Shown here piece by piece: positions 20,569 through 32,705 of a stretch of 64,000 nt of DNA. The stretch is taken from the NCBI GenBank assembly GCA_963833225.1, contig CAWHXD010000019.1, positions 768,001 to 832,000 on the forward strand, given 5' to 3'. The position numbers and the translations under genes were made by a program. The notes beneath the pieces were generated by a model that saw only the letters and a program-made list of their open reading frames with translations, was not told where the DNA came from and searched no databases. Source of the DNA: an uncultured Chloroflexia bacterium. GTDB taxonomy: Bacteria; Chloroflexota; Limnocylindria; Limnocylindrales; CSP1-4. Every line of letters begins with the position of its first letter. Position 1 is the first letter of the stretch.

Positions 20569-22276
20569 GTGAGCAGGTACGCAATCGGCGTTGACTTCGG
20601 CTCCGAATCGGGCCGCGCGGTCGTGGTCGACGTGGCCGACGGGCGGCAGCTGGCAACGGCCGTCTGGCCCTACAGCCACGGCGTGATCGATGACGCGGCT
20701 GCCCCTCCCGGACCGTGACGTTCCGTTGCCGCCCGACTGGGCGCTCCAGGACCCTGAGGACTACCTCCGCGTGTTCCGCGAGACCGTGCCCCAGGCGATG
20801 CGTGAAGCCGGGGTGGATCCGGCCGACGTCATCGGGCTGGGCATCGACTTCACGGCCTGCACGATGATGCCGACGCTCGCCGACGGCACGCCGCTCGCGG
20901 CGCTGCCGGACCTGCGCGCCAACCCGCATGCCTGGGTCAAGCTCTGGAAGCACCATGCCGCCCAGCCCGAGGCGGACCGGATCAACGAGACGGCCGAGTC
21001 CACCGGCCAGGGATGGCTGACGCGCTATGGCGGCAAGATCAGCTCCGAGTGGTTCTTCTCCAAGGCCCTCCAGATCCTCGACGAGGCGCCCGAGATCTAC
21101 GCGCGCGCGGACCGCCTGATCGAGGCGGCGGACTGGGTGGTCTGGCGCCTCACCGGGGTCGAGACCCGCAACCCCACGACCGCCGGCTACAAGGCCCTGT
21201 GGTCCAAGCGCGAGGGCTTCCCCGACCCGTCCTACTTCGAAGCGCTTGACCCGCGCCTGGCGGATGTCGTCGATGCCAAGATGTCGCGCGCCATCGCGCA
21301 GACGGGCGATCGTGCCGGCGGCCTCACGCCCGAGGCGGCCGCCTGGACCGGGCTCCCCGTCGGCACCGCCGTCGCCGTCGCCAACGTCGACGCCCACGTC
21401 GCCGTCCCGGCCGCCACGGTCACCGAGCCCGGCCGCATGGTCATGATCATGGGCACCAGCACGTGCCACATGGTGCTGGGCGAGGAGGAGCACCTCGTCC
21501 CGGGCATCTGCGGGTACGTCGAGGACGGGATCATCCCCGGCTACTTCGGCTACGAGGCCGGGCAGAGCTGCGTCGGCGACCACTTCGCGTGGTTCACCGA
21601 GCACGCCGTGCCCGAGCGATACCAGGTCGAGGCGCGCACGCGCGGCATCGACATCCACGCGCTCCTCCAGGAACAGGCCGGGCTCCTCGCACCCGGGGAG
21701 TCCGGCCTGCTCGCCCTCGACTGGTGGAACGGCAACCGTTCCGTCCTGGTGGACGCCGAGCTTGGCGGCCTGCTGGTCGGAGCCACCCTGGCCACGACCG
21801 CGCCCGAGATCTACCGGGCCCTGATCGAGGCGACGGCGTACGGGACACGCGTGATCATGGAGGCGCTCGAGGCGAACGGGGTTCCAGTCAACGAGGTGAT
21901 CGCGGCGGGCGGCCTCGCCGACAAGAGCCCGCTGATCATGCAGATCTACGCGGACGTCACCGGCCGGCCGTTCCGGCTCTCCGCGTCCGATCAGACGCCC
22001 GCCCTGGGGTCCGCGATGTTCGGTGCGGTGGCCGCGGGCGCCGAGGCCGGCGGTCATGCGTCGATCGAGGACGCCGCGCACGCGATGGCCCGGCTCAAGG
22101 ACCACACCTACGAGCCGGACCCGGCCGCAACGGCCATCTACGACGTCCTGTACCGCGAGTACGTCCGCCTCCACGACTACTTCGGACGCGGGGAGAACGA
22201 CGTGATGAAGACGCTTCGCGGGCTGCGGGCCCGGGCGAAGACGGAGCCATCGACGCCGGCCGGGGCACCTTCATGA
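20569..22276 (+). CDS. araB: ribulokinase; +1 frameshift near 20695
   Basis: [59 protein letters not shown]. Confidence 0.93.
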
Positions 22277-22993
22277 CCGGCTCCGCCATGGACCTGGCCC
22301 AGCTCCGCGACGAGGTCTGGCACGCGAACCAGGAGCTGGTCCGGGCCGGACCGTCACGCTCTCGTTTGGCAACGCGAGCGGCGGTGGACCGCGATCGGGG
22401 CGTGATGGTCATCAAGCCAAGCGGCGTCCCCTACGACGAGATCCGCCCGGAATCCCTGGTCGTGGTGTCGCTTGCGGATGGCGCCGTGATCGCGGGCGAC
22501 CTCCGCCCGTCATCGGACACGCCGACGCATCTCGCGCTGTACGGGCGCTACCCGGAGATCGGCGGCGTGGTCCACACGCATTCAACCGAGGCAACCGCGT
22601 GGGCGCAGGCCCTGCGCTCGATCCCGGCCCTGGGCACGACCCACGCGGATCACTTCCACGGGCCGGTGCCCGTCAGCCGGCCGCTCACCCGCTCGGAGAT
22701 CGACGGCGACGAGGGGCTCGAGACGGCAACGTCATGGTCGAGAGCTCGAAACGGCGGGTTTCGAGGCGCTCGAGATGCCTGCCGTGATCGTCGCGTCCCA
22801 CGGCCCGTTCACCTGGGGCGGCAGCGCGACCACCGCGGTCCAGAGCGCCGTTGCCCTCGAGGCCGTGGCGGCGATGGCCGCTCGGACCCTCGCCCTCTCG
22901 CCGCAGGTCGGGCCGCTTGACCCGGTGCTGCTCGAGCGGCACTACCAGCGCAAGCACGGCGCGACCGCGTACTACGGACAACGCCGACCGTAG
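22273..22993 (+). CDS. araD: L-ribulose-5-phosphate 4-epimerase; several indels
   Basis: IKPSGVPY, PSSDTPTH, GGVVHTHS, GTTHADHF, HGPFTWG, HYQRKHGATAYYGQ; VTLSFGNAS lies in a shifted frame near 22350-22385. Confidence 0.9.
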
Positions 22994-23053
22994 TGGCCGT
23001 TGTCTGCGGTCCGTGGACGGGGGCTCGCTGTGACCCCCGACAGGAGGAATCGA

Positions 23054-24559
23054 ATGCTCAACCTTGCGGCGTCCGAGGTCTGGTTCGTGACCGGCAGCCA
23101 GCACCTGTACGGTCCCGAGACGCTGGCGACCGTCGCCGAGCATTCGCGCGCCATCGCATCCGCGCTGGACGAAGCGCCGGCGATTCCGGTCCGGGTGGTG
23201 CTCAAGCCCGTCCTCACGGGTTCCGACGCCATTCGCCAGCTGGTCGCGGAGGCCAACGCCGACCCGGCCTGTGTCGGGCTGGTCACCTGGATGCACACCT
23301 TCAGCCCGGCCAAGATGTGGATCGCCGGCCTCGATCTGCTCGCCAAGCCCTTCCTCCACCTGCATACCCAGTTCAACCGCGAGATCCCGTGGGCCGACAT
23401 CGACATGGACTTCATGAACCTGAACCAGGCCGCCCACGGCGACCGGGAGTTCGGGTTCATCGCGGCCCGGCTGCGCATCGATCGCAAGGTCGTGGTCGGC
23501 CACTGGGGCGACGCCGACGTCCAGGAGCAGATCGGCACCTGGACCCGCGCCGCCTGCGCCAAGGCCGACTGGCAGCACGGCAGGATCGCGCGCTTCGGCG
23601 ACAACATGCGCGATGTGGCCGTCACCGAGGGCGACAAGGTCGAGGCCCAGCGCCGGCTCGGGTTCAGCGTCAACACCTGGGGTGTTGGCGACCTGGTCAA
23701 GGTGGTGAACGAGGCCTCCGACGCCGAGGTCGATCAGCTGATCGCGACGTATCTCGAGGAATACGACGTCGTTCCCGAGCTGCGACCCGGCGGCGATCGC
23801 GCCGGGAGCCTGCGCGACGGGGCCCGGATCGAGCTCGGCCTGCGGCGCTTCCTCACCGACGGTGGCTTCACCGCGTTCACCGACACCTTCGAGGACCTGC
23901 ACGGCCTCAAGCAGCTTCCCGGCCTCGCCGTCCAGCGCCTGATGGCGGACGGCTACGGCTTCGGTGCGGAAGGGGACTGGAAGACCAGCGCGATGGTCCG
24001 CGCGATGAAGGTGATGTCGGCCGGGCTGCCCGGCGGCACGTCGTTCATGGAGGACTACACCTACCACCTGACGGGCGACGACGACCTGATCCTCGGCGCC
24101 CACATGCTCGAGGTCTGCCCCTCCATCGCGGGCGGCCGTCCGCGGCTGGAGATCCACCCCCTGTCCATCGGCGGCAAGGAGGACCCGGTGCGGCTCGTAT
24201 TCGATGCCCACCCGGGGGCGGCCGTGGCCGCCTGCATCACCGACATGGGGCAGCGCTTCCGCATGCTGGCGACCGTTGTCGACGTCGTGCCCGTGGAGCA
24301 GCCCCTCCCGAAGCTCCCGGTCGCCCGCGCCGTCTGGCGCCCGCGGCCCGACCTCCGGACCGGCGCCGCGGCGTGGATCTACGCCGGAGGCTCTCACCAC
24401 ACCAGCCTCGGTTTCGGCGTGACCAGGGAACACCTGCGGGACTTCGCCGCCATGTCCGGGGTCGAGTACCTGGTCATCGATGAGGAGACCACCCTCGACG
24501 GGTTCCGCGACCAGCTCCGGTGGAACGATCTCTACTGGCTGCTTGCCAAGGGCCTTTGA
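23054..24559 (+). CDS. araA: L-arabinose isomerase
   Basis: [61 protein letters not shown]; AGGAGG RBS. Confidence 0.97.
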   Translation: MLNLAASEVWFVTGSQHLYGPETLATVAEHSRAIASALDEAPAIPVRVVLKPVLTGSDAIRQLVAEANADPACVGLVTWMHTFSPAKMWIAGLDLLAKPFLHLHTQFNREIPWADIDMDFMNLNQAAHGDREFGFIAARLRIDRKVVVGHWGDADVQEQIGTWTRAACAKADWQHGRIARFGDNMRDVAVTEGDKVEAQRRLGFSVNTWGVGDLVKVVNEASDAEVDQLIATYLEEYDVVPELRPGGDRAGSLRDGARIELGLRRFLTDGGFTAFTDTFEDLHGLKQLPGLAVQRLMADGYGFGAEGDWKTSAMVRAMKVMSAGLPGGTSFMEDYTYHLTGDDDLILGAHMLEVCPSIAGGRPRLEIHPLSIGGKEDPVRLVFDAHPGAAVAACITDMGQRFRMLATVVDVVPVEQPLPKLPVARAVWRPRPDLRTGAAAWIYAGGSHHTSLGFGVTREHLRDFAAMSGVEYLVIDEETTLDGFRDQLRWNDLYWLLAKGL

Positions 24560-24587
24560 GGGCCCGTCGAGCGCACAGCAGGCCACC

Positions 24588-24611
24588 GTTACCGTTCACG
24601 GGAACGACAAC
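24588..24611. promoter_or_regulatory. second copy of the ara operator pair, downstream of araA
   Basis: GTTACCGTTCAC (reverse complement GTGAACGGTAAC) plus GGGAACGACAAC, matching 20505-20528. Confidence 0.55.
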
Positions 24612-24652
24612 GGTAGGGCATCCACCCGGCATCGGCCGTGGAGCACCCCTGG

Positions 24653-25633
24653 TCACCGGGGGGTCGGATCGACCTCGCCGCTCAAGTCCGCCACCGTGCT
24701 CCAGAGCGCCTGCCGCGCAGCACGGTCGAGGCGTGTCGCGGGCACCCGGTCGAAGGGGCGCGGGCGCCGGTCGAGGAACAGCCGCCCTGTTGTTGCCCTG
24801 CCATCCGGCGCGGCCGCCAGCCACAGCAGCGTGTCCACGCCCTCGGCGGCGGTGCGCAGCCGGTCACCCAGGCGCCCCCGGAACCCGGGCAGGGAGGCCG
24901 CCAGGCCCGGCGTGTCGGCCCAGCCCGGGTGCATCGCGTTGACGGACACGCCCTGCCCGCGCAGGCGTCGCGCCCACTCCCGGACGAGCGCGACCTGCGC
25001 CCGCTTGGCGCGGGCGTACGCGAGCGCACCGGCGTAGGCCCCGCGCTCATACGCGAGGTCGTCGAGGGGCAGCGACTGCGTGTACATGCCACCCGAGGTC
25101 ACCGCCACGATCCGGGGATCGGGACTGGCCAGGAGGCGCGGCAGGAGCCGGGACACCAGGACGAACGGTCCGAGCACCATGGTCGCGAAGGTGCGCTCGT
25201 GACCCTCCGGCGTGAGCTCCCGGTCCGGATACATCGCGCCGGCGTTGTCGACGATGACGTCGATCCGCGTCTCGGAGGCGAGGATTCGGTCGGCAGCCGA
25301 CCGAACCGATGCCAGCGATGACAGGTCGGCGACGCTCGTGACGATCGCCGGGTTTCCCGTCATGCCCACCAGGTCGGCCCGGACGGCCTCGAGACGCGCC
25401 GGGTCCCGACCGACCAGGACGAGCCGGGCGCCCATGCGTGCCATGGACTCCGCGGTCTCCCGGCCAAGGCCGGACGTGGGGCCCGTGAGGACCACGGTCC
25501 GGCCGGCCAGCGACCACGCGGCCGGGTCCTCCCAGGCGAACAGGCGCCGGCGAACCGCGTAGCCGGTACGGGTGAACGACGGCACGACCAGCAGCTCCAG
25601 CAGCCCGTCGACAAGGACATTGAGGTTGATCAC
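24653..25633 (-). CDS. SDR family oxidoreductase (DHRS12-like)
   Basis: TGPTSGLG, DNAG, TSGGMY, YARAK, MHPGWADTPG; GTG start with AGGAGG RBS. Confidence 0.92.
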   Translation of the reverse strand: MINLNVLVDGLLELLVVPSFTRTGYAVRRRLFAWEDPAAWSLAGRTVVLTGPTSGLGRETAESMARMGARLVLVGRDPARLEAVRADLVGMTGNPAIVTSVADLSSLASVRSAADRILASETRIDVIVDNAGAMYPDRELTPEGHERTFATMVLGPFVLVSRLLPRLLASPDPRIVAVTSGGMYTQSLPLDDLAYERGAYAGALAYARAKRAQVALVREWARRLRGQGVSVNAMHPGWADTPGLAASLPGFRGRLGDRLRTAAEGVDTLLWLAAAPDGRATTGRLFLDRRPRPFDRVPATRLDRAARQALWSTVADLSGEVDPTPR

Positions 25634-25727
25634 GCCTCCTATTCGCAGCCGGGACCCGTCCGGATCGCCATCTCGTGCGAAGAGGAGGCATAGGGTCCCC
25701 GAGCCGGACCCCGGAGACCAACCCGAC

Positions 25728-26186
25728 ATGACACGACTGCACGAGATCATCGAGACTGCGCTGCCCATCGAGGACGCGTTCGCGTTCATCGCGGACTTCG
25801 CGAACTCGCGGCACTGGGACCCGGGTGTCGCGACGTCCGAGCGGATCGACGCGGGCCCGGTGGAGCTGGGAGCGCGATACCGTCTGGGCGTGCGGACGCG
25901 CGGCCGCGTGGCACCGATGGAGTACCGGATCACGACGCTGGAGGCCCCGCGGCGCGTGGTGCTCACCGGCGAGGGATCGAACGTGTTTGCCGTTGACGAG
26001 ATCCGGTTCGAGCCTACCGGCAACGGCACCCGGATCGACTACACGGCCGACATCCGCCTCGGCGGCTGGATGCGGCTCGTCCAGCCGTTCGCAGGCGGCG
26101 CGTTCGAGAAGCTCGCGAAGGACGCAGTCGGGGGCATGCAGCGCGCGCTCGACGAGCGGGCCGCGGCCGGCGGCACGGTTCGATGA
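25728..26186 (+). CDS. SRPBCC/polyketide cyclase family protein
   Basis: [18 protein letters not shown] signature; ATGA overlap with next gene. Confidence 0.88.
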   Translation: MTRLHEIIETALPIEDAFAFIADFANSRHWDPGVATSERIDAGPVELGARYRLGVRTRGRVAPMEYRITTLEAPRRVVLTGEGSNVFAVDEIRFEPTGNGTRIDYTADIRLGGWMRLVQPFAGGAFEKLAKDAVGGMQRALDERAAAGGTVR

Positions 26187-27462
26187 AGATCGCCGTCATC
26201 GGCGCGGGCGTCAGCGGCCTGTCCGCGACCTGGGCGCTCAACCGCGAGGGCCACCAGGTCACCCTGTTCGAGGGGGAGGGGACACCCGGCGGTCATGTCG
26301 CCACCATTGCCGTCGACTCGCCGTCGGGCCCCGTCAACGTGGACACCGGGTTCATCGTCTACAACGAGCCCACCTACCCGCACCTCGTGGAGCTGTTCGC
26401 GGAGCTCGGCGTGGAGACGCAGCCGAGCGACATGTCGTTCGCGTCTGTCTGCCGGGCGTGCGACGTCGAATTCGGGTCTCGCGGGGCGGCCGGGTTCTTC
26501 GCCCAGCGCGAGCTCGCGGTCCGGCCCTCGCACCTGCGCATGTTCCCGGACATCCTCCGCTTCTACCGGGACGCGCGAGCCATCCTCGACGGCGACACGC
26601 CCACGGGCATGACGCTCGGCGAATACCTCGCCGACCGAGGGTTTGGAGCCGGCTTCCGCGATCACTTCCTCGTGCCCATCACCGCGGCGGTGTGGTCCAC
26701 CGCTCCCGGCCGGACGTGCCGAGTACCCGGCTGACTATCCTGCTGCGGTTCCTCGACAACCACGGCCTGATCGGCGTCGGGAAAGCTCGCACCCTTGGCG
26801 GACAGTCACGGGTGGCTCACGCACGTATGTCGATCGGCTCCTGGCGGCTCTTCCCGCCCACGCCCTCCGGTCGGGCGACCCGGTGGCCGCCGTCATCCGC
26901 GGCGGGGCCGGACCGGTCGTGCGCAACCCGCGGCGGCACGACCGACCGCTTCGACGCGGTCGTGATGGCGACTCATGCCGACGACACGTTGTCGCTGCTG
27001 GCCGACGCGGACCCCGGTGAGCACGCCGCACTCGGCGGGTTCGAGTACAACCGCAACCAGGTGGTGCTGCACACGGATCCGCGGGTCATGCCCCGGCGGC
27101 CTGCCGCCTGGGCCTCCTGGAACGTGGACCAGGCCGCCTGCAACCCGCCGGGAGGGGCCGTCACCATGACCTACCACATGAACCGGCTGCAGGCGCTCCC
27201 GGGTCCAACCCAGTACTTCACGTCGGTCAACCCCGGCAACCTCGTCCGCGACGAGCACGTCATCGTCGCCCGCGAGTTCAGCCACCCCCTGTACACGCAG
27301 CGGTTCCTCGAGTCGCAGGCCGCCGTGGGCCGCCTGCAGGGGCACCGGGACACGTACTACGCCGGGGCGCATCTCGGCTGGGGCTTCCACGAGGATGGCT
27401 GCCGGTCCGGCATGGCCGTGGCCGGGATGCTGCCCGCGGATATCGGGGAGCGTGTGGCATGA
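26183..27462 (+). CDS. FAD-dependent oxidoreductase (UfaD-like); multiple indels 26715-26930
   Basis: [56 protein letters not shown]. Confidence 0.88.
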
Positions 27463-28268
27463 GGTCCCACCTCCTCGAGGGCAAGGTCGCTCACCGGCGG
27501 TCGACGCCTGCCAAGTGGGCCATGGAGCACGACGTCTTCTCCTTCGCCCTCGACCTGTCCGAGCTCGACGAGGTGGACGCGTCCCTGCGCCTCGTGAGCC
27601 GGAACCGGCGCAACGTGCTCGGGTTCCGCGATGCGGACCACTGGCCCGAGCCGGCGGCGGACCTGCGGAGGACGGTCCTCGACCACCTCCGGGCGGAGGG
27701 CGAGGACCCCACCGGCTGGCGGATCACGCTGGTGACCAACCTGCGGGTCTTCGGCTACGTGTTCAATCCCGCCAGCTTCTACCTCTGCCGCGACGCCACC
27801 GGTGCGCTCCGCGTCGTGATCATCGAGGTCCACAACACGCACCTGGAGCGGCACCTGTACACCCTTCGCGCCCGGTCCGCCGATGGACCGTTCGTGTCGG
27901 GGATGGACAAGGACTTCTACGTCTCGCCGTTCATCGACATGGAGGGCCGGTACACGGTGCACGTCGCCGACAGGGCAACCAGCCTGCGGATCGCGATCAA
28001 CGAGCGGCAGGGCGACACGCCCGTGCTGTCCACCAGCCTGGTGCTCGCGCGGCGGGTGCTATCGGACAGATCGCTGGTCAGGATGCTGCTGCGCCACCCG
28101 TTGATGACCCATCGTACGATGGCCCTGATCCACGTCCACGCCCTGAGGCTGTGGACCCTTGGGATCCGGTTCCAGCGTCATGGTGTTGCGGTTCGGGAAC
28201 ACACCGCAACACGCATCGCGAGCGCCGGCGGCACGCCGGCCACGCCTCACGGAGAGCTCGTCCGATGA
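27459..28268 (+). CDS. DUF1365 family protein (UfaO-like)
   Basis: HRR, RVFGYVFNPASFY, EVHNT, KDFYVSPF, IHVHALRLW. Confidence 0.92.
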   Translation: MRSHLLEGKVAHRRSTPAKWAMEHDVFSFALDLSELDEVDASLRLVSRNRRNVLGFRDADHWPEPAADLRRTVLDHLRAEGEDPTGWRITLVTNLRVFGYVFNPASFYLCRDATGALRVVIIEVHNTHLERHLYTLRARSADGPFVSGMDKDFYVSPFIDMEGRYTVHVADRATSLRIAINERQGDTPVLSTSLVLARRVLSDRSLVRMLLRHPLMTHRTMALIHVHALRLWTLGIRFQRHGVAVREHTATRIASAGGTPATPHGELVR

Positions 28269-29509
28269 ACCTGCCGGCCCCGACTCGTCGCCTGACCTCC
28301 GTGTCCGGACGCGCCATGACGTCGATGGCGGAACGGATCGGGATGGCGGCCGCGTCACGCATCCGGGTCGGATGCCTGGCGGTCGTCATGCCCGATGGCC
28401 GGAGGCGCCTGTTCGGTGACACCGCGTCCTCCCGCCGGGCGGAGATCCGGATCCACGACATGGATGCGGCCGTCCGGATCCTGCTCCACGGTGAGACCGG
28501 CGCCGGCGAGGCGTACATGGACGGGCAATGGTCCTCGCCCGATCTCGAGGCGCTGATCGAGCTCGCCGCGCTCAACCGCTCCGCCCTCGCGCTGACCAAC
28601 GGGTGGTGGCGGGTTCCCCTCCAGCTCCCGCGCGTGGTCGCGCACCGGGCCCGGCGCAACAGCCGGGCTCGGGCCCGGCAGAACATCTCGGCCCACTACG
28701 ACCTGGGCAACGACTTCTACCGCCTGTTCCTGGACGAGACGATGACGTACTCGTGCGCTGTCTTCGAAGCGCCTGGCCAGGCGCTCGCCGATGCCCAGCG
28801 CGCCAAGTACCGGCGCATCGCCGAGGGCGCCGGCCTGACCGCGGGCATGCACGTCCTGGAGATCGGGTCGGGATGGGGCGGCTTCGCGCTGTATGCGGCG
28901 GGCGAGCTGGGCTGCCGCGTGACGTCAATCACGATCTCCCGGGAGCAGCACGCGCTGGCCCGCGAGCGAGTCCGGGCGGCCGGCCTCGGGCACCTCGTCG
29001 ACATCGAGCTTCGGGACTACCGGGACATCAGCGGCACCTATGACGCCATCGTGTCGATCGAGATGCTCGAGGCCGTCGGCGCCGAGTACTACGAGACCTA
29101 CTTCGCGGCGGTGGACCGCGCGCTCAAACCGGGCGGGCGGTTCAGCCTCCAGGTCATCACCTTCCCGGACGCGGCCTACGAGAGCCAGCGCCGGGGTGCC
29201 AACTGGATCCAGACCCACATCTTTCCGGGCGGCCTGTGTCCCTCGCTGGCGGTCATCGAGCGGTCGCTCCACGGGACGCGCCTCCTCCTCCGCGACGCCT
29301 CCGACATCGGGCCCCACTACGCCACCACGCTTCGAGCCTGGCGGACGCGCTTCATGGCCAACCTCACGGAGATCCGGGCCCAGGGCTTCGACGACCGGTT
29401 CATCCGGACCTGGGAGTACTACCTGGCGCTCTCCGAGGCAGGCTTCGCGACCGGCCTCACGCAGGACCACCAGATCGTGATGGAGCGGTCGCGCGGCATC
29501 GAGGCCTGA
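28265..29509 (+). CDS. cfa: cyclopropane-fatty-acyl-phospholipid synthase family methyltransferase
   Basis: GEAYMDG, NISAHYDLGNDFY, MTYSCA, LEIGSGWG, SIEMLEAVG, IFPGG, WEYYL. Confidence 0.93.
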   Translation: MNLPAPTRRLTSVSGRAMTSMAERIGMAAASRIRVGCLAVVMPDGRRRLFGDTASSRRAEIRIHDMDAAVRILLHGETGAGEAYMDGQWSSPDLEALIELAALNRSALALTNGWWRVPLQLPRVVAHRARRNSRARARQNISAHYDLGNDFYRLFLDETMTYSCAVFEAPGQALADAQRAKYRRIAEGAGLTAGMHVLEIGSGWGGFALYAAGELGCRVTSITISREQHALARERVRAAGLGHLVDIELRDYRDISGTYDAIVSIEMLEAVGAEYYETYFAAVDRALKPGGRFSLQVITFPDAAYESQRRGANWIQTHIFPGGLCPSLAVIERSLHGTRLLLRDASDIGPHYATTLRAWRTRFMANLTEIRAQGFDDRFIRTWEYYLALSEAGFATGLTQDHQIVMERSRGIEA

Positions 29510-29550
29510 TCCGGTTCCGGCGTCGGGCGGCCAGCGGACGGCCGGCCGGC

Positions 29551-29598
29551 GCGGACGACCGGGTCGACGCGGACGACCGGGTCGACGCGGACTACCGG
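29551..29598 (+). repeat. 18-bp tandem repeat between convergent cfa and sixA
   Basis: GCGGACGACCGGGTCGAC x2 plus partial third copy. Confidence 0.85.
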
Positions 29599-30075
29599 CC
29601 GGCGAGCAGCTCCGGCGGCACCAGGTAGCGGAGCACGCCGCGACCGCTGCCCAGGCGGCCTTCGAAGTCCACCCGCGCCAGGGCGCCCTTGCGCATCGGG
29701 ACCACCGCCATGCCGAGGAGCTCGCCGAGCAGGGACGAGAACTCGGGGTCGTGGCCGACGAGGCATGGACGCGCCGCCGGTCCGGCGGCGGCCAGGATCT
29801 CACCGACCACCTCCGCGTCCAGCGAGCCCGCCAGCCGGCGATCCTCCACGACCGGGACGTTGAGCACGGCACCGACGATCCCGGCGGTCTCTGCCGCGCG
29901 CACCTTGGGCGAGGTGATCATCAGGTCGGGTGCCTCGTCCAGGCCGCGCGAGCAGCTGCCCGATGCGCTCCGACTGCCGGCGACCCTTGTCGGAGAGGGG
30001 GCGCAGCGCGTCATCGCGGGTCCAGCGGCCGGAGTCACCGGCGTGGGCATGGCGGAGGAGGAGCAGGGTGGTCAT
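29592..30075 (-). CDS. sixA: phosphohistidine phosphatase SixA; frameshift near 29950
   Basis: LLLRHAHA...DDALRPLSDKG, then ITSPKVRAAETA, LVGHDP in shifted frame. Confidence 0.88.
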
Positions 30076-30109
30076 GTGGGGGTCACGCTCGCAGGCGCCG
30101 GTGCCAGCG

Positions 30110-30874
30110 TCAAGGGTTGAGGTCCTCGACCTCGCCGGATGACAGGAACACGATGTCCTCCGCGATGTTGGTCACCCGGTCGCCGATCCGCTCCAGGTAG
30201 TGGGAGGCGAACAGGATCCGCGTGCCCGGATCCACGTTGGCCGGGTCCTCGCGCATCAGGACCAGGACCTCGTCAAAGATCCGGTGGTACAGGCTGTCGA
30301 CATCGTCGTCGAGGGCGGCGACCTCGCGGGCCGCATGCTCGTCCACGTCCACCAGGGCGCGGATGATGCCCCCCACCAGGTCGGCGACCCGACCGCCGAG
30401 CTCCGGCAGCAGCACGTAGTCCTTGAGCGGCGCGAACGGCGCCAGCTTGCGGGCCTGCTTGGCCACCGAGCCCGCGTGGTCGCCCATCCGCTCGAGCTCG
30501 TAGCTCACGTGGTCCAGCGTGAGCAGGTAGCGCAGGTCGCGCGCGACCGGGTTCTGGGTCGCGATCACCGCCGCGATCATCGCGGTCGCCTTCCGCTGCT
30601 GCTCGTTGATGGCGCTGTCCGCCTTGATGACGTCGAGGGCGGCCTCCGCATCGTGCGCGACGAGCGCGCCGATCGCAGCGTGAATCTGGGCCTCCACCTG
30701 GGAGCCCATCCGGAGCACGTCGTCCTTGATCTCGGCGATCTCGCGGTCGTACGTGGTCCGCATGGGATGCCGTGGCTCGGTCGAGAGGGGTGCGGTTCCG
30801 GCCCGGGCCGCCTCCGCGAGCGCGGCGACCTCGTCCTCGATGCTGGAGCCCGTGAGGCTGTCGTTCTCGGTCAT
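30110..30874 (-). CDS. phoU: phosphate signalling complex protein PhoU
   Basis: QNPVARDLR, LERMGDHA, DDDVD, LERIGDRVTNIAE. Confidence 0.95.
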   Translation of the reverse strand: MTENDSLTGSSIEDEVAALAEAARAGTAPLSTEPRHPMRTTYDREIAEIKDDVLRMGSQVEAQIHAAIGALVAHDAEAALDVIKADSAINEQQRKATAMIAAVIATQNPVARDLRYLLTLDHVSYELERMGDHAGSVAKQARKLAPFAPLKDYVLLPELGGRVADLVGGIIRALVDVDEHAAREVAALDDDVDSLYHRIFDEVLVLMREDPANVDPGTRILFASHYLERIGDRVTNIAEDIVFLSSGEVEDLNP

Positions 30875-30888
30875 CGTCCGCCCTCCTC

Positions 30889-31800
30889 TCAGCCAAACCG
30901 GCCGGAGACGTAGTCCTCGGTCAGCTGGTTGGCCGGGTTGGTGAAGATCGTCGTGGTGACGCCCATCTCGACCAGGTAGCCGGCCCGATCGTCGCCCATG
31001 TTGAAGAATGCCGTCTGATCGCTGACACGAGCGGCCTGCTGCATATTGTGGGTCACGATCACGATCGTGTAGTTGGCCCGCAGCTCCGCCATCAGCTCCT
31101 CGATCCGCAGCGTCGCGACCGGATCGAGCGCCGACGCTGGCTCGTCCATCAGCAGCACGGCGGGATCCACGGCCAGGGCCCGGGCGATGCACAAGCGCTG
31201 CTGCTGGCCGCCGGAGAGCGATGTCCCGGGCTGCTTGAGCTTGTCCTTCACCTCGTCCCACAGGGCGGCGGAGCGCAGGCACCGCTCGACCGTCTCGTCG
31301 AGCACGGCGCGCGAATGGCGCCCGGTCAGCCGCAGGCCCGCCACGACGTTGTCGTAGATCGACATGGTGGGGAACGGGTTCGGACGCTGGAACACCATGC
31401 CGATGGCCCGCCGCAGCTGCACCGGATCCACGTCCGGCGCGTAGAGGTCGGTGCCGTCGAGCCGCAGGTGGCCCTCGATGTGCGCCCCGGGGACCAGCTC
31501 GTGCATCCGGTTCATGGACCGCAGGAAGGTGCTCTTGCCGCAGCCGGACGGGCCGATGATCGCGGTGATCGCGTGCGGCCGGATCGTCATCGACACGTCG
31601 CGGACGGCGCGGAAGGTGCCGTAGAACGCGGACAGGCCCTCGACCTCGATCCGCCCGGATGTCGCTTCGGCGGCCTCCGTGGCCGGCGTCTCGGGCGGTG
31701 CGGCACCACTGACCGCCGGATGCCCGGGAGCCGGGGTGGCCCCGGACTGGGAGCCCCGGGTGGCCCCGGACTCGGGGCCGTGGGGGGTGGTCACATTCAC
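30889..31800 (-). CDS. pstB: phosphate ABC transporter ATP-binding protein
   Basis: [58 protein letters not shown]. Confidence 0.96.
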   Translation of the reverse strand: MNVTTPHGPESGATRGSQSGATPAPGHPAVSGAAPPETPATEAAEATSGRIEVEGLSAFYGTFRAVRDVSMTIRPHAITAIIGPSGCGKSTFLRSMNRMHELVPGAHIEGHLRLDGTDLYAPDVDPVQLRRAIGMVFQRPNPFPTMSIYDNVVAGLRLTGRHSRAVLDETVERCLRSAALWDEVKDKLKQPGTSLSGGQQQRLCIARALAVDPAVLLMDEPASALDPVATLRIEELMAELRANYTIVIVTHNMQQAARVSDQTAFFNMGDDRAGYLVEMGVTTTIFTNPANQLTEDYVSGRFG

Positions 31801-31813
31801 GATCTTGGCTCCC

Positions 31814-32701
31814 TCAACCGGCACGGCGGCCCCAGGTGCGGAATCGCACCAGGACGTTGATGACGAGGACGAATGCCAGCAGGAGGAATGCCGCGCCCCA
31901 GGCCTGCTGGTTGAGGGCCTCGTACGGTTGCCTGGCATTGACGTAGATGAAGATGGGGAGGGCGTCCATCGGGCGCCCGAAGTCGCCGACGTTGACGAGC
32001 CGGCTGCCGAGCGCCGTGAACAGCAGCGGCGCCGTCTCGCCCATCGCGCGGGCGATCGCGAGCATCAGGCCCGTGAGGATGCCCGACAGCCCCGTTGGGA
32101 TGACCACGGACAGCACCGTCCGCCACACGGGAATGCCCAGCGACAGCGACGCCTCGCGAAGCGTCCCGGGGACGATGAGCAGGATCTCCTCCGTGGTCCG
32201 CATGATCACCGGGACCATGATCACGGCCAGGGCAACGCTGCCGGCGAAGGCATTGAACTGCTTGAACGGCAGCACCAGGAACGTGAACACGAAGATGCCG
32301 ACCAGGATCGAGGGCACGCCCACGAGGACGTCCGCCGCAAACCGGATCACCGACGCCGATCTCCGGTCGCTGAACTCGTTGACGTAGACGCCGGCGAGGA
32401 TGCCGAACGGCACCGCGATCAACGTCGCGAGGCCCACCATCTGGAGCGAGCCGAGGATCGCGGCGACGGCGCCGCCACCGATGCCCAGTGCCCGCGGGGG
32501 CCTGGTCAGCAGGTCGAGGTTGACGGCGCCGATGCCGTTGATCGTGACGAAAGCGACGATGAACAGCAGCGGCACGATCCCCGCGATGGCCGCCACCAGC
32601 GACAGGGCGCGGAACAGGCGATCGACGAGGCTGCGGCGCCGGTCCGAGGCAGAGCGGACGAGCACGCTCCGGACCGGGATGGCGGGCGTCGAGGCGGTCA
32701 T
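31814..32701 (-). CDS. pstA: phosphate ABC transporter permease
   Basis: [29 protein letters not shown]. Confidence 0.95.
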   Translation of the reverse strand: MTASTPAIPVRSVLVRSASDRRRSLVDRLFRALSLVAAIAGIVPLLFIVAFVTINGIGAVNLDLLTRPPRALGIGGGAVAAILGSLQMVGLATLIAVPFGILAGVYVNEFSDRRSASVIRFAADVLVGVPSILVGIFVFTFLVLPFKQFNAFAGSVALAVIMVPVIMRTTEEILLIVPGTLREASLSLGIPVWRTVLSVVIPTGLSGILTGLMLAIARAMGETAPLLFTALGSRLVNVGDFGRPMDALPIFIYVNARQPYEALNQQAWGAAFLLLAFVLVINVLVRFRTWGRRAG

Positions 32702-32705
32702 GGCA

